Of a stretch of 64,000 nt of DNA, positions 61,055 to 64,000 are shown one piece after another. Position 1 is the stretch's first letter. Every line of letters starts with the position of its first letter. Under the pieces are notes generated by a model that had not been told where the DNA came from, did no database searches, and saw only the letters and a list, made by a program, of their open reading frames with translations. A program made the translations under genes and the position numbers. The DNA comes from an uncultured Planctomycetota bacterium (GTDB lineage: Bacteria > Planctomycetota > Planctomycetia > Isosphaerales > Isosphaeraceae): positions 416,001 to 480,000 of the forward strand of contig CAWJTV010000036.1 of NCBI GenBank assembly GCA_963845755.1, written 5' to 3'.

Positions 61055-61808
61055 ATGGTGTTTTCCACCGTCGTGGGTCTCGTCCTGACGGCGAATGTGT
61101 GCATGGCGCAAGGAGGCTCCAAACAAATACGCCAAGCCGGAGGATGCGGATCGGCCGAAGCCGGTCCCGGAATTCAAGCTCGAACGGACCTTGCCCACAG
61201 TCCCGGTGGCCCACGACCGTCCCACGTTCAATGTGCAAATGGTCAATGCGTCGCTGCTGCCCAGGGACAAGCAAGGGATCTGGGTGCTGGATTTCGCGTA
61301 CAAGCCGCTCCGAATCATCACGGTCAACATCCCGGGCAAAGGGCGTCGCCAGGTCCATTACCTGTACTACAAGGTGGTCAACCGCACGGGCAAGCCACAG
61401 ATGTTCGTGCCGCAGTTCATCATGGTGAACGCGAAGGGCCAGAAGTTCGAAGACAACGTCGTTTCCCAGGCCATACCCCTGATCCGGGCCCGCGAGGATG
61501 AGGCGGTCCCCGTGCTCGGCGCCGTCAACATCGTCGGCACGATCCCTCCGAGTACCAAAGCCAATATCGATGATGCCGTCTTCGGGGTCGCGGTCTGGGA
61601 AAAATGGGACCGCAAGGCCGATCGGTTCAGCATCTATGTGCGCGGCCTCTCCGACGGGTACAAGGAAGTCCCCTCGGAAAGCGGTGGCAAGCCGGTCGCC
61701 CAGTACAAGACCTTGAAGATCGATTTCATTCGCCGCGGCGATGAGTTCAACCTCAGCGAACACGAAATCGAACTGGACAACCCGCCTCATGAGTGGGTGT
61801 ATTGGTGA
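61055..61808 (+). CDS. Secreted hypothetical protein (frameshift ~61110)
   Basis: Signal-like MVFSTVVGLVLTANVCMAQ; body IWVLDFAYKPLRII...YLYYKVVN...WVYW. Confidence 0.7.
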
Positions 61809-61821
61809 ACTTCCTCATCGA

Positions 61822-62525
61822 TCATGGCTGATGACCCGAGTAGCGGATGGGATCCGCGAGCCCGAGTCGTTCGAACGCGGCGAGGCGAATCCGGCAGGCG
61901 TCGCAACGGCCGCAGGAACGTCCATCGGGGCTCGGGTCGTAGCAACTGTGGGTCAAGCCATAATCGACGCCCAAGGCGCGGCCGCGCTCGATGATCTGTT
62001 CCTTGGTGAGCGTCAACAGGGGCGCGTGGATGCGGAAACGCCCCGCGCCCTCGACGCCCGCCCGGGTGGCCAGGTTCGCGAGGGCCTCGAACGCCCGGAG
62101 GAAGTCGGGGCGACAGTCCGGATAACCCGAATAATCAACGCAGTTGACCCCGATGAAGATATCGAAGGCCGCGAGTGTCTCGGCCCAGGCCAGGGCCATT
62201 GAGAGGAAGACCGTGTTTCGAGCGGGCACATAGGTGATCGGAATGCCTTGCCCGATCGTCTCCTCGGAACGGTCCTTGGGGACGTCCAGGGAAGACGTCA
62301 GGGCGCTGCCGCCGAAGCTGCGGAGGTCGATCTCGAGTTCGACATGGCGCACCACCCCCAGCGCCGCGCGACCCGGCGCACGGCCTCGACCTCGACGGCG
62401 TGGCGCTGGCCATATCGGACGGTCAGGGCGTTGAGCGCATAGCCCGCGGCCCTGGCCTCCGCCAGCGCCGTGGCGCTATCCAGCCCCCCGCTCAGGAGGA
62501 CGACGGCCGGGGCCGTTTCCTTCAT
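61822..62525 (-). CDS. queC: 7-cyano-7-deazaguanine synthase (frameshift ~62360)
   Basis: [38 protein letters not shown]...CGRCDAC. Confidence 0.93.
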
Positions 62526-62743
62526 CGTTCGTCCTTCTGGCATCAGCCGGGATCGATCGACACGATTGGCGTTCCCGTCTCCGCGATGGAACCGGTCTTG
62601 CCGAAGCTTCCGAAGTTCCGCTATCCTCGTCAATTAGACCAGAATTGACAACCTGTCGCGCACCCGGAGCGAGTCCCACTCGGATCCTCGCCGCGAACCG
62701 GCCCGCTGGACTTTCTCTTTCGCAGGCATCAGGACCGAGATTC

Positions 62744-63001
62744 ATGGCTCACAAAAAGGGACAAGGCTCGAGCCGCAACGGGCGCGACTCGAACCCAAAG
62801 ATGTTGGGAATCAAGCTTTACGGCGGGCAGACGGCCAAGCCGGGCAGCATCCTCTGCCGGCAGAACGGGACCAAATGGCACCCGGGCAAGAACGTCGGGG
62901 TCGGCCGCGACTGGACCATCTTCTCGCTGATCGACGGGACCGTCACGTTCGATCAGGGCGGACGGCGGATCAACGTCCTGCCTTTGACAAGTGGCAAGTG
63001 A
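62744..63001 (+). CDS. rpmA: 50S ribosomal protein L27
   Basis: [24 protein letters not shown]. Confidence 0.97.
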   Translation: MAHKKGQGSSRNGRDSNPKMLGIKLYGGQTAKPGSILCRQNGTKWHPGKNVGVGRDWTIFSLIDGTVTFDQGGRRINVLPLTSGK

Positions 63002-63162
63002 CAAGTGATAAGTGGCAAGTGGCAAGGAGAATGCAGCCAGGCTCGCTACTCCGAGGGTTGGTCCGAATCCTCTTCTCATCGTGTCGTCTTTGAGCAAGGA
63101 TTAACCATCTTGCCATCGTTCCCCTCCGAACATTTGTCACTTGCCACCTGCCACTGGCCACT
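62985..63162. repeat. Inverted heptamer (CAAGTG(G/A)) tandem-repeat hairpin between rpmA and obgE
   Basis: GACAAGTGGCAAGTGACAAGTGATAAGTGGCAAGTGGCAAG ... TTTGTCACTTGCCACCTGCCACTGGCCACT. Confidence 0.85.
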
Positions 63163-64000
63163 ATGTTTGTCGACCGCGTGACCATCTATGTCTGTGGGGG
63201 GGCCGGGGGCGACGGCTGCATGAGCTTCCGGCGCGAGAAGTATGCACCCCGGGGCGGGCCCAACGGCGGCGATGGGGGACGGGGCGGTCATGTGGTGATC
63301 CGGGCGACCGAGGGTCATACCAACCTCGCGCACCTCTCTCATCAGCGGCACTGGCGGGCGCCTCGCGGTCAGCACGGCGAGGGTTCCGATCGGTTCGGGC
63401 GCGGGGGCGAGGATCTCGTGATCGAGGTCCCGCGCGGGACCCTGATCCGCGATCGCGACCGCGGTCACGTGATCCGCGACCTCAAGGCACCCGGCGACGA
63501 GGTGATCGTGGGCCGGGGCGGACGCGGAGGCCACGGCAACACTCACTTCAAGTCGTCGACGAACCGGGCTCCCCGGCAGCGCGAGAAGGGACACCCGGGG
63601 GAAGACCTCTGGATCGTCCTGGAATTGAAGGTCATCGCCGACGTCGGCTTGATCGGACTGCCCAACGCGGGCAAGTCCACGCTGCTGTCCCGGATCTCCC
63701 GCGCTCATCCCGAGATTGCCGACTATCCGTTCACCACCAAATACCCCAACCTGGGGACCGTCGTCGCCGAGGACCAGACTTTTGTCGCGGCCGATATTCC
63801 CGGCCTGATCGAGGGGGCACACTCCGGCCACGGACTGGGCCACGAGTTCCTCCGTCACGTTGAGCGGACCTCGCTCCTGGTCCATCTCGTCGAGGCGGTG
63901 CCGCTGGATGGTTCCGACCCGATCCAGAATTATCGGACCATCCGGAACGAGCTGGGTCAGTACAGCCGGACCCTGGCCGAGCGGCCCGAGTTGCTGGTCG
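63163..64000 (+). CDS. obgE: GTPase ObgE (partial, runs off right edge)
   Basis: MFVDRVTI...[12 protein letters not shown]...[16 protein letters not shown]...DYPFTT...DIPGLIEGA; follows rpmA. Confidence 0.96.
   Translation, partial: MFVDRVTIYVCGGAGGDGCMSFRREKYAPRGGPNGGDGGRGGHVVIRATEGHTNLAHLSHQRHWRAPRGQHGEGSDRFGRGGEDLVIEVPRGTLIRDRDRGHVIRDLKAPGDEVIVGRGGRGGHGNTHFKSSTNRAPRQREKGHPGEDLWIVLELKVIADVGLIGLPNAGKSTLLSRISRAHPEIADYPFTTKYPNLGTVVAEDQTFVAADIPGLIEGAHSGHGLGHEFLRHVERTSLLVHLVEAVPLDGSDPIQNYRTIRNELGQYSRTLAERPELLV

Overview
GC-rich bacterial DNA with a strong Planctomycetota (Isosphaeraceae-like) signature: DUF1501, DUF1549/1553, DUF1559, several Hanks-type kinases, an ECF-kinase pair and a LESRxLLS secreted protein. 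About 18 genes, including housekeeping leuB, queC and rtcB, are broken by small indels. These probably reflect an unpolished long-read assembly, so they are called as CDS. The left third is accessory. Two divergent kinase-TPR paralogues enclose an IS5 element and a decayed cyanobactin-like locus (two Cys-rich peptides with a shared P(G/H)F(T/N)AxVSL leader around a PatG C-terminal domain). Next come a Balon/baeRF3 gene with an internal deletion and a KaiC-like/histidine kinase/receiver operon. A 5.6-kb integrase-less island follows, bracketed by a duplicated DUF1501 3' end and carrying a Panacea toxin-antitoxin pair (toxin hit by ISL3), a PD-(D/E)xK protein and a RibD-like deaminase fusion. 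The right part is mostly core genes (leuB, EVE, rtcB, uvrA-like, queC, rpmA, obgE). Intergenic regions hold many small palindromic elements: 7/9-mer inverted tandem-repeat hairpins, a 151-bp composite repeat, REP doublets and MITEs. Three such elements are translated in-frame inside a kinase. No rRNA, tRNA or CRISPR array was seen. Family assignments come from motif recognition, not database searches.
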